Shown: positions 1 through 9,499 of the stretch, one piece after another
How the letters are laid out: each line of letters begins with the position of its first letter
Position numbering within the stretch: position 1 is the first letter of the stretch
From: Candidatus Sysuimicrobiota bacterium
GTDB taxonomy: Bacteria > Sysuimicrobiota > Sysuimicrobiia > Sysuimicrobiales > Sysuimicrobiaceae
NCBI GenBank assembly: GCA_040289515.1
Contig: PSLI01000004.1
Location: forward strand, 1 to 64,000
DNA length: 64,000 nucleotides
Direction of reading: 5' to 3'
Made by a program: the position numbers and the translations under genes
The notes under the pieces: generated by a model
Told to the model about the DNA's origin: nothing
The model's database searches: none
Seen by the model: the letters and a program-made list of their open reading frames with translations, nothing else

Positions 1-298
1 GCGGCGGGCGGTGGCGGACCGTGCCCATGCGCCACGTTGGATGGGTGAGAAGTTCTCCAAGGTGGACGGCACGGGGACGGTCATCTTCCAAGAGTCGGAG
101 AACATCTGGGTCCCCATGGAGCACCACGAGTACTCCGACACCGCGGTAATCGGCAACCCCTTCCGGGCCAACCCCGAGAAGGGGATGGAGATCTTCCGGC
201 GCATGGCCCGCCATCTGGCGGACTTCGTGGAGGAGGTCCGCAAGTTCCCGGTGGAGATTGCCCACACAGACTTCCCGGAGCGGGCGTGGCAACCGTGA
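1..298 (+). CDS. Creatininase-family amidohydrolase, C-terminal part (5' truncated by window)
   Basis: C-terminal 'AVIGNPFRANPEKGMEIF..MARHLADFVEE' resembles the creatininase G.iGdP..At.EkG tail; ends overlapping next gene. Confidence 0.65.
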   Translation, partial: RRAVADRAHAPRWMGEKFSKVDGTGTVIFQESENIWVPMEHHEYSDTAVIGNPFRANPEKGMEIFRRMARHLADFVEEVRKFPVEIAHTDFPERAWQP

Positions 299-891
299 CG
301 GACGCCTCCCTGGAGCGCCTCCGGCAGCGGGTGGCCGCCACCTGCCGCCGGGCCTACCGCCTCGGCCTGACCGTGGGCACAAGCGGCAACGTGAGCTGTC
401 GGGTCCCGGGGACCGACCGGGTGCTCATCAAGGCCACGGGGCTGTCCCTCGCCCGCGTGACGGCTCGCGAGGTGCTGCTGGTGGACCTGGAGGGCCACGT
501 GCTGGAAGACTCGCCGTTCAGTCCTTCCAAGGAGCGCCACTTTCACCTGGAGGTGTACCGGCGTCGGCCGGACGTGGGCGCGGTGGTGCACCTGCACCCG
601 CCCTACGCCCTGGTGTTCGCAGCTGCCCGGCAGCTGCCGCCCCTCCGCACGGGGGCGGCGCAAAGCATTCTGGGAGGGCGGATGGCCCTGGTGCGGCCCG
701 CTCCTTCGGGAAGCCGGGAGCTGGCGGAGGCTGTGGGGCAGGCCCTGGCCGCTTCCGGGATGCGGGCCGCCATTTTGGCAGAACACGGCACCGTCAGCGT
801 AGGTGCGGACCTGGACGAGGCCCTGTACGTGACCGAGTACCTAGAAGATGCGTGCCGCACTGCCCTGTGGCTGCGGCTGTGGGAGGGGTAG
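286..891 (+). CDS. Class II aldolase/adducin family protein
   Basis: SGNVS, PSKE..FH, VVHLHPPY, HG metal-binding motifs. Confidence 0.9.
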   Translation: MATVTDASLERLRQRVAATCRRAYRLGLTVGTSGNVSCRVPGTDRVLIKATGLSLARVTAREVLLVDLEGHVLEDSPFSPSKERHFHLEVYRRRPDVGAVVHLHPPYALVFAAARQLPPLRTGAAQSILGGRMALVRPAPSGSRELAEAVGQALAASGMRAAILAEHGTVSVGADLDEALYVTEYLEDACRTALWLRLWEG

Positions 892-897
892 ACGCCG

Positions 898-2142
898 GTG
901 GCGCACGTGCGGGCGGACGGGCCGTGGGTGGCCATCCTGGCCACCGTAGACACCAAAGGGCCCGAGGCGGACTTCCTGCGCGCCTGGCTGCGTGACCACG
1001 GCTGGGCGGCCAAGGTAGTGGACGTCGGGCTGCGCCCGCCGCCCCCGGACTGGCCCGCGGCGGACGTGACGCGGGAGGAGGTAGCCCAGGCAGCGGGCCT
1101 GGATCCCTCGGACCTAACCCGTATGCGCCGCGACCACGCGTTGGCGGCCACGGGAGAGGGGGCAGGCCGCATCCTCCTGCGGTGGTGGGAACGGGGGCAC
1201 CTTGCGGGCGCCGTGGGGATCGGCGGAAACCAGGGCACCGCGGCCGCCTGCATCGCGCTGCGGAGGCTGCCCTTGTCGGTGCCCAAGGTGGTGGTGTCCA
1301 CCGTGGCCTCGGGCAACCTGCGCCCGTACGTGCAGGCCAGCGATATCGCGGTCATGTTCTCCCTGGCCGACTTTTTGGGTGGCCCCAACCGCATCACGCG
1401 CAGCGTCCTGGCGCGGGCCGCTGGGATGGTGCTGGGTGCGTTGCAGGCCGCAGCGCCCCCAGCGGACGGCCGGCCCGCGGTGGCCCTCACGGCCCTGGGG
1501 AACACCCACGGGGCCGCAAGCGCCCTGGTGGACTGGCTCCACGAGGAGCAGTACGAGCCGGTGTGCTTCCACGCCTCCGGTGCGGGCGGGACCGCTATGG
1601 AGCAGCTGGCCGAACAGGGGAGTTTCTGCGCGGTGCTGGACATCACCACCCACGAGCTGCTGGGCGAGGTGTTCCCGGAGGACATCTACGCTCCCGTACG
1701 GCCCGGACGCGTGCGAGCGGTGGGCCGCCTGGGACTGCCGCAGGTGGTGGCACCCGGGGGGCTGGACTACTTCATCTTCGGAGCCCCCGACACGGTTCCC
1801 GAGCCCTACCGGGATCGCCCCGTCCACTACCACAACCCGTACAACACCAACGTGCAGGCCCGACCGGAGGAGGTGCGGAAGGTGGCCGTGGAGCTGGTGG
1901 ACCGACTCAACGGGGCCGCGGGCCCTGTGGCCCTGGTGGTACCCCTGCGGGGTTGGTCCTACATCGGGGAACCGGGCGGCCCCCTGTGGGACCCCCGGAT
2001 CCCCGAGGTCCTGCGGGAGGTGGCGCGCCAGCGGCTGCGGCCGTCTGTGCGTTACGTGGAAGTGGAGACATCCATCAACCACCCGGAGTTCGTCCGCGCC
2101 GTGAAGACGGTGTTCGCGGAGCTGTACAAGGACAGGAGGTGA
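898..2142 (+). CDS. Tm-1-like ATP-binding domain protein (UPF0261)
   Basis: ATVDTKGPE, GIGGNQGT, PKVVVSTVASG, FHASGAGG, LDITTHE, HNP motifs. Confidence 0.85.
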   Translation: MAHVRADGPWVAILATVDTKGPEADFLRAWLRDHGWAAKVVDVGLRPPPPDWPAADVTREEVAQAAGLDPSDLTRMRRDHALAATGEGAGRILLRWWERGHLAGAVGIGGNQGTAAACIALRRLPLSVPKVVVSTVASGNLRPYVQASDIAVMFSLADFLGGPNRITRSVLARAAGMVLGALQAAAPPADGRPAVALTALGNTHGAASALVDWLHEEQYEPVCFHASGAGGTAMEQLAEQGSFCAVLDITTHELLGEVFPEDIYAPVRPGRVRAVGRLGLPQVVAPGGLDYFIFGAPDTVPEPYRDRPVHYHNPYNTNVQARPEEVRKVAVELVDRLNGAAGPVALVVPLRGWSYIGEPGGPLWDPRIPEVLREVARQRLRPSVRYVEVETSINHPEFVRAVKTVFAELYKDRR

Positions 2143-2148
2143 GGGAGG

Positions 2149-3240
2149 ATGGCCCAGGCGGTGGCGATCCCCAAGACCATGCGGGCGTGGGCCCTGTTCG
2201 GCCCGGGCGACCTGCGGCCGGTGACGAAGCCCGTCCCCAGGCCGGGGCCCGCGGAGGTCCTCATCAAGATCGGGGCGGTGGCCATCTGCGGCACGGACTT
2301 GGAGATCCTGCACCACGGGCTGCCCGCCCTGGTGGAAGGGCAGCTGCCCTTCCATGGGGAGCACGTCCTTGGCCACGAGTACGTGGGCACCGTGGTGGAG
2401 CTGGGGCCGTCCGTGGATGAGTTCCAGGTGGGCGACCGGGTCGTGGTGGAGGTCCACGCGGGCTGCGGTCGGTGCGAGCGCTGCCGCCACGGCATGTACA
2501 CCTCGTGCCTGAACTACTCCCGCCGTTCCAAGGGACACCGGGCCAACGGCTTCACCACCGACGGAGGGTTCGCGGAGTACGCGGTCAACCACATCAACAC
2601 CGTGTACCGACTGCCCGACCACATCCCCTTCGACGAGGCCACGCTCATCGTCACCGCGGGCACCGCCCTGTACGGGCTGGATGTGCTGGGTGGGCTGGTG
2701 GCGGGGGAGACCCTGCTGGTCATCGGCCCGGGGCCCATCGGCCTCATGGCCGTGGCGTGCGGCAAGGCCCTGGGGGCCCAGGTGATCCTAGCGGGAACCC
2801 GCGAGAGCCGCCTCCGCTTGGGCCGGGAACTGGGGGCGGACTGGGTGGTGGACGTGCGCACCGAGAACCTCGTGGAGCGGGTGCGATCCCTCACGGAGGG
2901 GATGGGGGCGGACCTGGTGATGGAATGCTCGGGAGCCCCCGACGCGGTCAACCAGGCCCTGTACGCCACCAAGCGCGGCGGCAAGGTGTGCCTGGCAGCT
3001 TTCAGCCGGGAGCCGGTCCCCTTCGACGCGGCGCACATGGTCCGTAACAACATCTACCTGTACGGCATCCGGGGCGAGGGCCGGGGTGCGGTGAAGCGGG
3101 GGCTGGCCCTCATGGCCCAGGGGAAGATCTCCGGTAAGCCCTTCATCACCCACCGCTTCTCCCTGGACCAGCTACCCCAGGCCCTGGAGACGGCGGCAAG
3201 GCGCCTGGGCGACGCCATCAAGGTCGTGGTGTTCCCGTAG
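2149..3240 (+). CDS. Zn-dependent alcohol/polyol dehydrogenase (MDR family)
   Basis: ICGTD, GHEYVG, CGRCERC..C structural Zn, GPGPIG; RBS GGAGG. Confidence 0.92.
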   Translation: MAQAVAIPKTMRAWALFGPGDLRPVTKPVPRPGPAEVLIKIGAVAICGTDLEILHHGLPALVEGQLPFHGEHVLGHEYVGTVVELGPSVDEFQVGDRVVVEVHAGCGRCERCRHGMYTSCLNYSRRSKGHRANGFTTDGGFAEYAVNHINTVYRLPDHIPFDEATLIVTAGTALYGLDVLGGLVAGETLLVIGPGPIGLMAVACGKALGAQVILAGTRESRLRLGRELGADWVVDVRTENLVERVRSLTEGMGADLVMECSGAPDAVNQALYATKRGGKVCLAAFSREPVPFDAAHMVRNNIYLYGIRGEGRGAVKRGLALMAQGKISGKPFITHRFSLDQLPQALETAARRLGDAIKVVVFP

Positions 3241-3243
3241 GCC

Positions 3244-4299
3244 ATGCCGGACGTGGTGACCATTTTGGACGTGGCGCGTGCCGCGGGGGTTTCCCCCGCC
3301 ACGGTGTCCCGCGTCCTCAACGGGGCGGGTCATCCCGTGCGGGAGGCCACCCGGCACCGAGTGCTGGAGGCGGCACGGCGGCTGGAGTACTACCCGAACC
3401 GCTTGGCCCGGGGCCTGTTGTGGAGGCAGACGCACGTCCTCGGGTTTGTGGTCCCGGACGTGTCCAACCCTTACTACGCGGCCATCCTGCGGGGCGTGGA
3501 GGAGGCGGCGGCCGGGCACGGGCTCGTGGTGATGCTGTGCAACACCGGCCGGGACCCTGGTAGGGTGCAGGCCTGCTTGCGCACGCTTTTGGAGCACCGG
3601 GTGGACGGGATCGTGGTGGCAGGCGGCACCCTTACCGCCGCGGACGTACGGGTTGTTCAAGGCCGCGTGCCTCTGGTGGCCGTGGGCCGTCACCGGGCAC
3701 CCGTACCCTCGGTGCGGGTGGACAACGCGGACGCTTCCCGCAAGGCCTGCCAGCACCTTCTGCAGCTGGGCCACCGGCAGGTGGCGTGTCTGGCAGGACC
3801 CCGCAGCTCCCTCACGGCCCGGGACCGGGTGGAAGGCTACCGCGCAGCGCTGCGGGAAGCGGGGATCTGGCCGCGGGCACGGTGGGTGGTGTGGTCGGAC
3901 TTGACCGCCGAGGGAGGCTATCGCGCCGCGCGGCAGCTTTTGTCCACCTCGCGGGTGACCGCGCTGGTGGCCTGCAACGACCAGATGGCCCTGGGTGCCC
4001 TGCGGGCCTTGTGGGAGGCGGGGTTACGGGTGCCACAGGACGTGTCGGTGGTGGGCTTCGACGACACCCCGACGGCCGCGGTGGCGGTACCGGCCCTCAC
4101 CACGATAGCCATCCCCGCCGAGGAGCTGGGTCGGCGGGCCCTGGAGCTGTTCCTGGCGGCGCGGGCGGGCCGTTCGGACAACGAAGTGGTGCTGCCCACG
4201 CAGCTGCGCGTGCGGGAGTCTACGGCCTCCCCTCCGGGGCTCGCGCAGCGACGGAGATGGTCACAGGGAAGGAGGCGGACAACGTGCAGGCACCCATAA
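3244..4299 (+). CDS. LacI-family transcriptional regulator
   Basis: TILDVARAAGVSPATVSRVLN HTH; NDQMALG, VPQDVSVVGFDD. Confidence 0.95.
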   Translation: MPDVVTILDVARAAGVSPATVSRVLNGAGHPVREATRHRVLEAARRLEYYPNRLARGLLWRQTHVLGFVVPDVSNPYYAAILRGVEEAAAGHGLVVMLCNTGRDPGRVQACLRTLLEHRVDGIVVAGGTLTAADVRVVQGRVPLVAVGRHRAPVPSVRVDNADASRKACQHLLQLGHRQVACLAGPRSSLTARDRVEGYRAALREAGIWPRARWVVWSDLTAEGGYRAARQLLSTSRVTALVACNDQMALGALRALWEAGLRVPQDVSVVGFDDTPTAAVAVPALTTIAIPAEELGRRALELFLAARAGRSDNEVVLPTQLRVRESTASPPGLAQRRRWSQGRRRTTCRHP

Positions 4300-5198
4300 A
4301 GGCGTACATGCGGCCCGGGATTGTGGCCTTTAAGGCGTACCCCCTGGAGGACGGCACCGGCCCCATCGTGGAGAGCCTCGCGAAGCTGTGCGAGGACACC
4401 TTCTTCTCCGCCATCGAGGTGGGTTGGATCAAGGATCCCCAGCTGCGTGACCGGGCCCGTCGGGTGCTGGAGCAGAGTTACGTGGAGGTGTGCTACGCCA
4501 CCCAACCGGCCATGTTCAGCCAGAAGCTGAGCCTCAACGCCTTCGACCCCGAGGCCCGGCGCCGGGCCATCAACCAGGTGAAGAACTGCTTGTGGGAGGC
4601 GGAGCAGTTGGGCGCCCGGTGGGTGCGCCTGACCGCGGGGAAGGACACGGGCCCCGAGCGGCGGGAGGAGGCCAAGAAGCTCCTGGTGGACTCACTGCTG
4701 GAGGTGTGCGCTTTCGCCCGCGAGCACGGGGACCCCGGCCTGACCCTGAAGATCTTCGACCGTTACGTGGACAAACAATCCCTCATCGGGCTGTACGGGG
4801 ACGCCCTGGATGTGGTGCAGGAGGTGCGCACGAGCTTCCCCCACTTCGGGCTGCTGTACGACCTCTCCCATGCGCCCCTGAACCGGGAGGAACTGGAGGA
4901 GGTCCTGCCTGCCCTGCGGCCCTATCTGGTGCACGTACACGTGGGCAACGCCTACCTGGCAGACCGCCGGAGCGTGGCCTGGGGCGACCTGCAGCCCCGC
5001 TTCGGACTGCCCCACAGCGAGGTGGACGTGCCCATGGTGGGCCGCTTCTTTCGGATCCTGCTGGATCTGGGGTTTTTCAACCCGCAGGACCGCCCCGTGT
5101 GCAGCGTGGAGGTCCGGCCCCTGTTGGCGGGTGAACGGCCGGAGCTGGTGGTCGCCAACGCGAAGCGCGTCATGGAGGAAGCCTGGTTGCTGGCCTAA
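4284..5198 (+). CDS. Sugar phosphate isomerase/epimerase, TIM-barrel (xylose isomerase-like/AP endonuclease 2)
   Basis: GTG after AAGGAGG; DLSH..L and HVHVGN motifs. Confidence 0.75.
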   Translation: MQAPIKAYMRPGIVAFKAYPLEDGTGPIVESLAKLCEDTFFSAIEVGWIKDPQLRDRARRVLEQSYVEVCYATQPAMFSQKLSLNAFDPEARRRAINQVKNCLWEAEQLGARWVRLTAGKDTGPERREEAKKLLVDSLLEVCAFAREHGDPGLTLKIFDRYVDKQSLIGLYGDALDVVQEVRTSFPHFGLLYDLSHAPLNREELEEVLPALRPYLVHVHVGNAYLADRRSVAWGDLQPRFGLPHSEVDVPMVGRFFRILLDLGFFNPQDRPVCSVEVRPLLAGERPELVVANAKRVMEEAWLLA

Positions 5199-5216
5199 GA
5201 AAGGAGGGAGGAAGAC

Positions 5217-6185
5217 ATGCGCGCATGGCGAGCGGTGTGCCTTGCAGCGATGGTGTTGGGATGGGTCGTTTCCGGAGCCCTGGCTCAGGTGCGGCTCACC
5301 ATCGCGGGCGGGGTGGTGGGGGGCGGGCCGTACCTGCAGGCGGTAGGGCTGAGCCAGGTTATCGGATCCGCCCTGAAGGACGTTTCCGTCACCGTACAGG
5401 GGACTCCCGGGCTGCGGGCCAACGCCGCGCGCCTGGCCGCGGGCCTGGTGGACCTGGCGGTGGTGGTGACCGTGGACGGCTTCGACGTGCTGGGCCGGCG
5501 GGAGGAGTTCAAGGACGCCGTGAAGTTCCCCCTGCAGTTGTATCCCACAGTGCCGCCCCAATACGTGCACTTCATCGTGAAGGAGTCCTCGGGGATCCGC
5601 CGGTTCCGCGACCTGGACGGCAAGCGCATCAACGTGCTCACCCGGGGCTCTCTGGCGGAGAAGGTGGGCACGCAGCTGCTGGTGGCGCTGCGGATCCGTC
5701 CTGCGCGGGTGTTCCACTTCCCCCACGCGGACGCCGCCAACGCCCTGCAGGCGGGGGAGGTGGACGCCGTGGTGGCCGGGGGGATCGCTCCCGCTTACGG
5801 GGAGGTGTCCCTCCGGGAGCCCCTGCGGGTGCTGTCCCTCACGGATGAGGAGGTGGCGCTGGTGAACGAGCGCATGCCCCAGCTCCCCGTGGCGGAGGCG
5901 GACTTCTCCCGTGCCTATCGGGGCGCGGGGAAGGCCCGGGTGCTGGCGCCGTGGGCGGTGATGGCGGCGCGGCACGACCTGGATCCGGATCTGGCCTACC
6001 GCATTACGAAGGCGGTGTTCGAGAACTACCGCACCATTGTGCAGGTGTACCGCGAGGCGGAGGGCCTGCAGCCTCTGCACGTGGTGGAGACCCGTTACCC
6101 CCTGCACCCCGGGGCCCTGCGCTACTACCGGGAGGTACGGGTGCGGCTGCCCAACACCCTGCTGCCGCCGCCGCTGCCGCGGTAG
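5217..6185 (+). CDS. TAXI-family TRAP transporter solute-binding protein
   Basis: Signal peptide; DLDGKRIN, PLHPGALRYYRE terminal TAXI motif. Confidence 0.9.
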   Translation: MRAWRAVCLAAMVLGWVVSGALAQVRLTIAGGVVGGGPYLQAVGLSQVIGSALKDVSVTVQGTPGLRANAARLAAGLVDLAVVVTVDGFDVLGRREEFKDAVKFPLQLYPTVPPQYVHFIVKESSGIRRFRDLDGKRINVLTRGSLAEKVGTQLLVALRIRPARVFHFPHADAANALQAGEVDAVVAGGIAPAYGEVSLREPLRVLSLTDEEVALVNERMPQLPVAEADFSRAYRGAGKARVLAPWAVMAARHDLDPDLAYRITKAVFENYRTIVQVYREAEGLQPLHVVETRYPLHPGALRYYREVRVRLPNTLLPPPLPR

Positions 6186-6194
6186 GAGGTCGCG

Positions 6195-8081
6195 TTGGAG
6201 GGGCTGCTGAAGTCCGCGTACCGGGGCCTGGCGGCCCTGTTCAGCCTGGTGTTCCTGTGGGGCGCTTGGCGGGGCGCGGTGGACCTGTTCGTGCAGCGCG
6301 CGGGCTTTCTGCTGTTCGTGCTCCTTTTGGTGTTCACCCAGCGGGCCGGGGAGCAAGGCCGCCTTGGGATCTGGGACGCGCTTCTGGCTCTGGCGTCGCT
6401 GGTGGGGACGGGATATGTTCTGCTGTTCCACGAGGCCGTGGCTTACCAGGCCGGGATCGCGGTGGGCTTCCAGCTGGTCCTGGCCGCGGTCACGGTGCTG
6501 CTGGTGTTGGAGGCCACCCGGAGGCTCACGGGCTGGGCGCTTCCCCTGCTGGCGGTGGCCATGGTGGCCTACGCCCTGACGGGCCGGTACATACCGGGCG
6601 GCTGGGGCCACGCGGGGTTCAGCCTGAGGGACGTGCTGGGCTACCTGTACCTGACCGCGGACGGCCTGTGGAGCCTGCCGGTGGGGGTGGCGGCCACGTA
6701 CATCTTGGTGTTCGTGGTGCTGGGGGAGCTGCTGATGCGGGCGGGGGTGGGGGACCTGCTGAGCGCGTTCGCCATGCGGGTGGCCGGCCGCGTGCGGGGA
6801 GGCCCCGCGCAGGTGTCGGTGGTAGGTAGCCTTGCCTTCGGCATGGTCTCTGGCTCCGCGCCGGCCAACGCCGCGGTGATCGGGTCGGTAACCATTCCCC
6901 TGATGAAGCGCTACGGGTTCTCCGCAGCCCTGGCGGCCGCGGTGGAGCTTGCCGCCTCCGCGGGAGGGCAACTGATGCCGCCCGTGATGGGAGCGGCCGC
7001 CTTCATCATGGCGGAGCTCATCCGCGTACCGTACGTGGAGATCGCGAAGGCGGCTTTGATTCCCGCCCTGCTGTACTACCTGGGCGTGGGGGCCTCCATT
7101 TACCTGGCGGCGGGTGCCCTCGGCCTGCGGGGTCTCACCCGGCAGGAAGTGGACCGGGACTTCCCCCGGATGCAGGAGGTGTTGCGGGACCGCGGGCACC
7201 TGTTGTTGCCCTTGGCGGTGCTGGTCTACCTGGTGCTGGGCGGGTGGCACGCGCCCCGCGCCGCCGTGGTGGTGGCCGCCCTCACGGTGCTGGTGGCGGC
7301 CCTGCGCCCGCACACTCGCATGGCGATTGCGGCCTTGGGAGGTGACGTGTCGCAGGGGGGTCTGCGCAGCCTGGAGGCAGCCATGGGTACCGCGTGCTCC
7401 GCCCTCATTTACTCCATGATCGTGTTCACGGGGTTGGGGGTGAAGTTCTCGTCCCTGGCGGTGCAGGCCGCCGGCGGCAACGTGGTGATCCTCCTCCTGC
7501 TGGCCATCGTGGCTACTCTGGTCCTGGGGCTGGCACTGCCCACCACCGCCTCCTACCTTATCGCCGCGGCCACGGTGGCTCCCGCGCTGGAATCCGTGGG
7601 AATCCCCACCCTGGCCGCCCACCTGTTCATCTTTTACTACTCCGTGCTGGCCACCATCACGCCTCCGGAGGGGATGGCCCTGTTCACCACCTCCGCCATC
7701 GCGGGCTCCAACTGGATGGAGACGGGGCTGAAGGGCATGCGGCTGACCCTCTCGGGTTACCTGATCCCCTTCGGGTTCGTCTTCCTGCCGGCCCTGCTGC
7801 TGCGGTCGGGTGCCGGGGATGTGGCGCTACACGTGGGCACCGCGGCGCTGGGTGTGTGCTTCCTGTCTGCGGCGGTGATGGGCTACCTGGCAGGCCCCCT
7901 GGGTTGGCTGGAGCGCGCGTCGCTGGTGGTGGGCGCTACGGGGTTGTTCCACCCGTCCCCGGTGCTGTCCGCGGCGGGCCTTGCCCTGTGCGGGGGCGTG
8001 TACCTCCGCAGGCGTACGCGCAGGCGAGCGGAGGCCTGGACGCCACCCCCCGCCGTCGGGAACCCGCCTACCGTTGGCTAG
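6195..8081 (+). CDS. TRAP transporter fused permease (4TM/12TM)
   Basis: GGPAQ, GMVSGS, ASAGGQLMPPVMGAAAFIMAE, LPTT, ITPP motifs; many TM helices. Confidence 0.93.
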   Translation: MEGLLKSAYRGLAALFSLVFLWGAWRGAVDLFVQRAGFLLFVLLLVFTQRAGEQGRLGIWDALLALASLVGTGYVLLFHEAVAYQAGIAVGFQLVLAAVTVLLVLEATRRLTGWALPLLAVAMVAYALTGRYIPGGWGHAGFSLRDVLGYLYLTADGLWSLPVGVAATYILVFVVLGELLMRAGVGDLLSAFAMRVAGRVRGGPAQVSVVGSLAFGMVSGSAPANAAVIGSVTIPLMKRYGFSAALAAAVELAASAGGQLMPPVMGAAAFIMAELIRVPYVEIAKAALIPALLYYLGVGASIYLAAGALGLRGLTRQEVDRDFPRMQEVLRDRGHLLLPLAVLVYLVLGGWHAPRAAVVVAALTVLVAALRPHTRMAIAALGGDVSQGGLRSLEAAMGTACSALIYSMIVFTGLGVKFSSLAVQAAGGNVVILLLLAIVATLVLGLALPTTASYLIAAATVAPALESVGIPTLAAHLFIFYYSVLATITPPEGMALFTTSAIAGSNWMETGLKGMRLTLSGYLIPFGFVFLPALLLRSGAGDVALHVGTAALGVCFLSAAVMGYLAGPLGWLERASLVVGATGLFHPSPVLSAAGLALCGGVYLRRRTRRRAEAWTPPPAVGNPPTVG

Positions 8082-8201
8082 CCGATGTTTGCGGGCCTGA
8101 AGCTTTTCTGGCTGCTCCTCAGCTCAGGGAGCCTCACGCGATGGCGGGGCCGGAGCAAGCCCCCGCCCGGGAACCTGGTAGCGGCCCCAGGGTGCGCGCT
8201 G

Positions 8202-9398
8202 CTAGGAGCTTGCGGGTGTCTGGGCACCCGCGGCGGTGAGGACCAACGCAACCCCCGTGGCGTACACCCACGCGGGGCGGGTGCTTCCGGTGAGATCCAC
8301 GAGGGCGCCCATGGGCAGGGGGCCCAAGGAGGACATCAGGTAGCCCAACGTGAGCAGGGCTCCGGCGACCCGCCCTACCCGGTCCTGCGGTGCCACCTCC
8401 GCGGGGACCGCTAAAGCAGCGCCGAACGCCACCGTGGTCCCGAACCCCACGAGAAAAGCCCACGCCCAGGCCCCCTGGGTAGGTGCCACCAGCACGCCCG
8501 CGCTGGCGAGCGTGCACATCACTCCGGCGGCCACGAACACCGCCCGACGCCCAACCAAATCCACCAGCGCGGGTGCCCCGAACCCTGCAGCCAGAGCCCC
8601 CGCGGCCAGCAAAGAGGTCGGGCCGCTGGCGTGCGCCACCGACCACCCGTGGCGGACCAGCTCTGTGGGCAGCCAGGCCGCGAACCCATAGAACAACGCA
8701 CTCTGGGCCCCGAAGGCGAGAACGGTGGTGCCGAACCCAGGGATCCGAAGGGAGTCCCGCATAGCTTGGACGATCCGCGGCGGGTGCGGTGCAAGCGGAC
8801 CTGACTTTTGCAAGCCTGCGCCCCGCGCGTACACGGCCCACATCAGGGTGCAGGCGAACCCGTACAACCCCCAGGCCCAGAACACCCCGCGCCAGGTGAA
8901 CGGACCGCTCAGCTGCAGCAGGAGCGGGACGAGGGCGGTGCCCGCGAAAACCCCCAGCACCAGCCCGTTGAAGTACACGGCGGTGGCCAGCGCGGGGCGC
9001 TGAGGCAGGGCTGCTTTGGCCACCGCAGGGAGCGCAGGCTGCATGGACGCGATACCCGCGCCCAGCAGGAACGTGGCTCCTAAGAAGGCTGCTGGCTCTG
9101 ACGCAAACCCGCGTGCCGCTCCCCCCACGCTCACGGCCGCCAGCGCCGCCACGAGGGCCCAGGCGGGCCCGTTGCGGTCCACCAGCCAACCTCCGGGCAG
9201 GGCCAGAAGGCCCATCAGCACCAGTGGAAGGCTGACCGCGAGCCCCGCCGCGGCAGCAGGCAGACCCAAATCCCGGATCACCAATGGCAGGGTGGGCCCC
9301 AGGCTGAGCTGGGGGGCACGACCGTTCAGGGCGGCCAGCCAGGCCAAGGCCAGCAACAGCAGCGGCCCTCGGTTGGATCGGCCCTCGGCAGTACCCAC
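8202..9398 (-). CDS. MFS transporter (CynX/NimT-like)
   Basis: About 12 hydrophobic segments, GGWLVDRNG motif A-like, AWLPT, GPLPMGALVDLTGS. Confidence 0.85.
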   Translation of the reverse strand: MGTAEGRSNRGPLLLLALAWLAALNGRAPQLSLGPTLPLVIRDLGLPAAAAGLAVSLPLVLMGLLALPGGWLVDRNGPAWALVAALAAVSVGGAARGFASEPAAFLGATFLLGAGIASMQPALPAVAKAALPQRPALATAVYFNGLVLGVFAGTALVPLLLQLSGPFTWRGVFWAWGLYGFACTLMWAVYARGAGLQKSGPLAPHPPRIVQAMRDSLRIPGFGTTVLAFGAQSALFYGFAAWLPTELVRHGWSVAHASGPTSLLAAGALAAGFGAPALVDLVGRRAVFVAAGVMCTLASAGVLVAPTQGAWAWAFLVGFGTTVAFGAALAVPAEVAPQDRVGRVAGALLTLGYLMSSLGPLPMGALVDLTGSTRPAWVYATGVALVLTAAGAQTPASS

Positions 9399-9464
9399 GG
9401 CGGTTTTGGATTTGGCTTACCGTGGGGAGTTTCCTCCCCAGCACGGCGGTTTCCGACGAGGCTC

Positions 9465-9493
9465 TTGACCGCGCCGGCTATATACTATACCAT
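9465..9493 (+). promoter_or_regulatory. sigma70-type promoter of the GntR gene (probably leaderless)
   Basis: TTGACC (9465-9470), 17 bp, TACCAT (9488-9493); GTG at 9500 is 6 nt downstream. Confidence 0.6.
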
Positions 9494-9499
9494 ATCGCC

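Noticed and set aside
4692..7622. 976-aa minus-strand ORF and many other long antisense/alternate-frame ORFs (e.g. 9978-11837, 40897-42735, 56270-58222)
   Set aside because: Shadows of well-supported genes; stop codons are scarce at this GC content; no recognisable motifs
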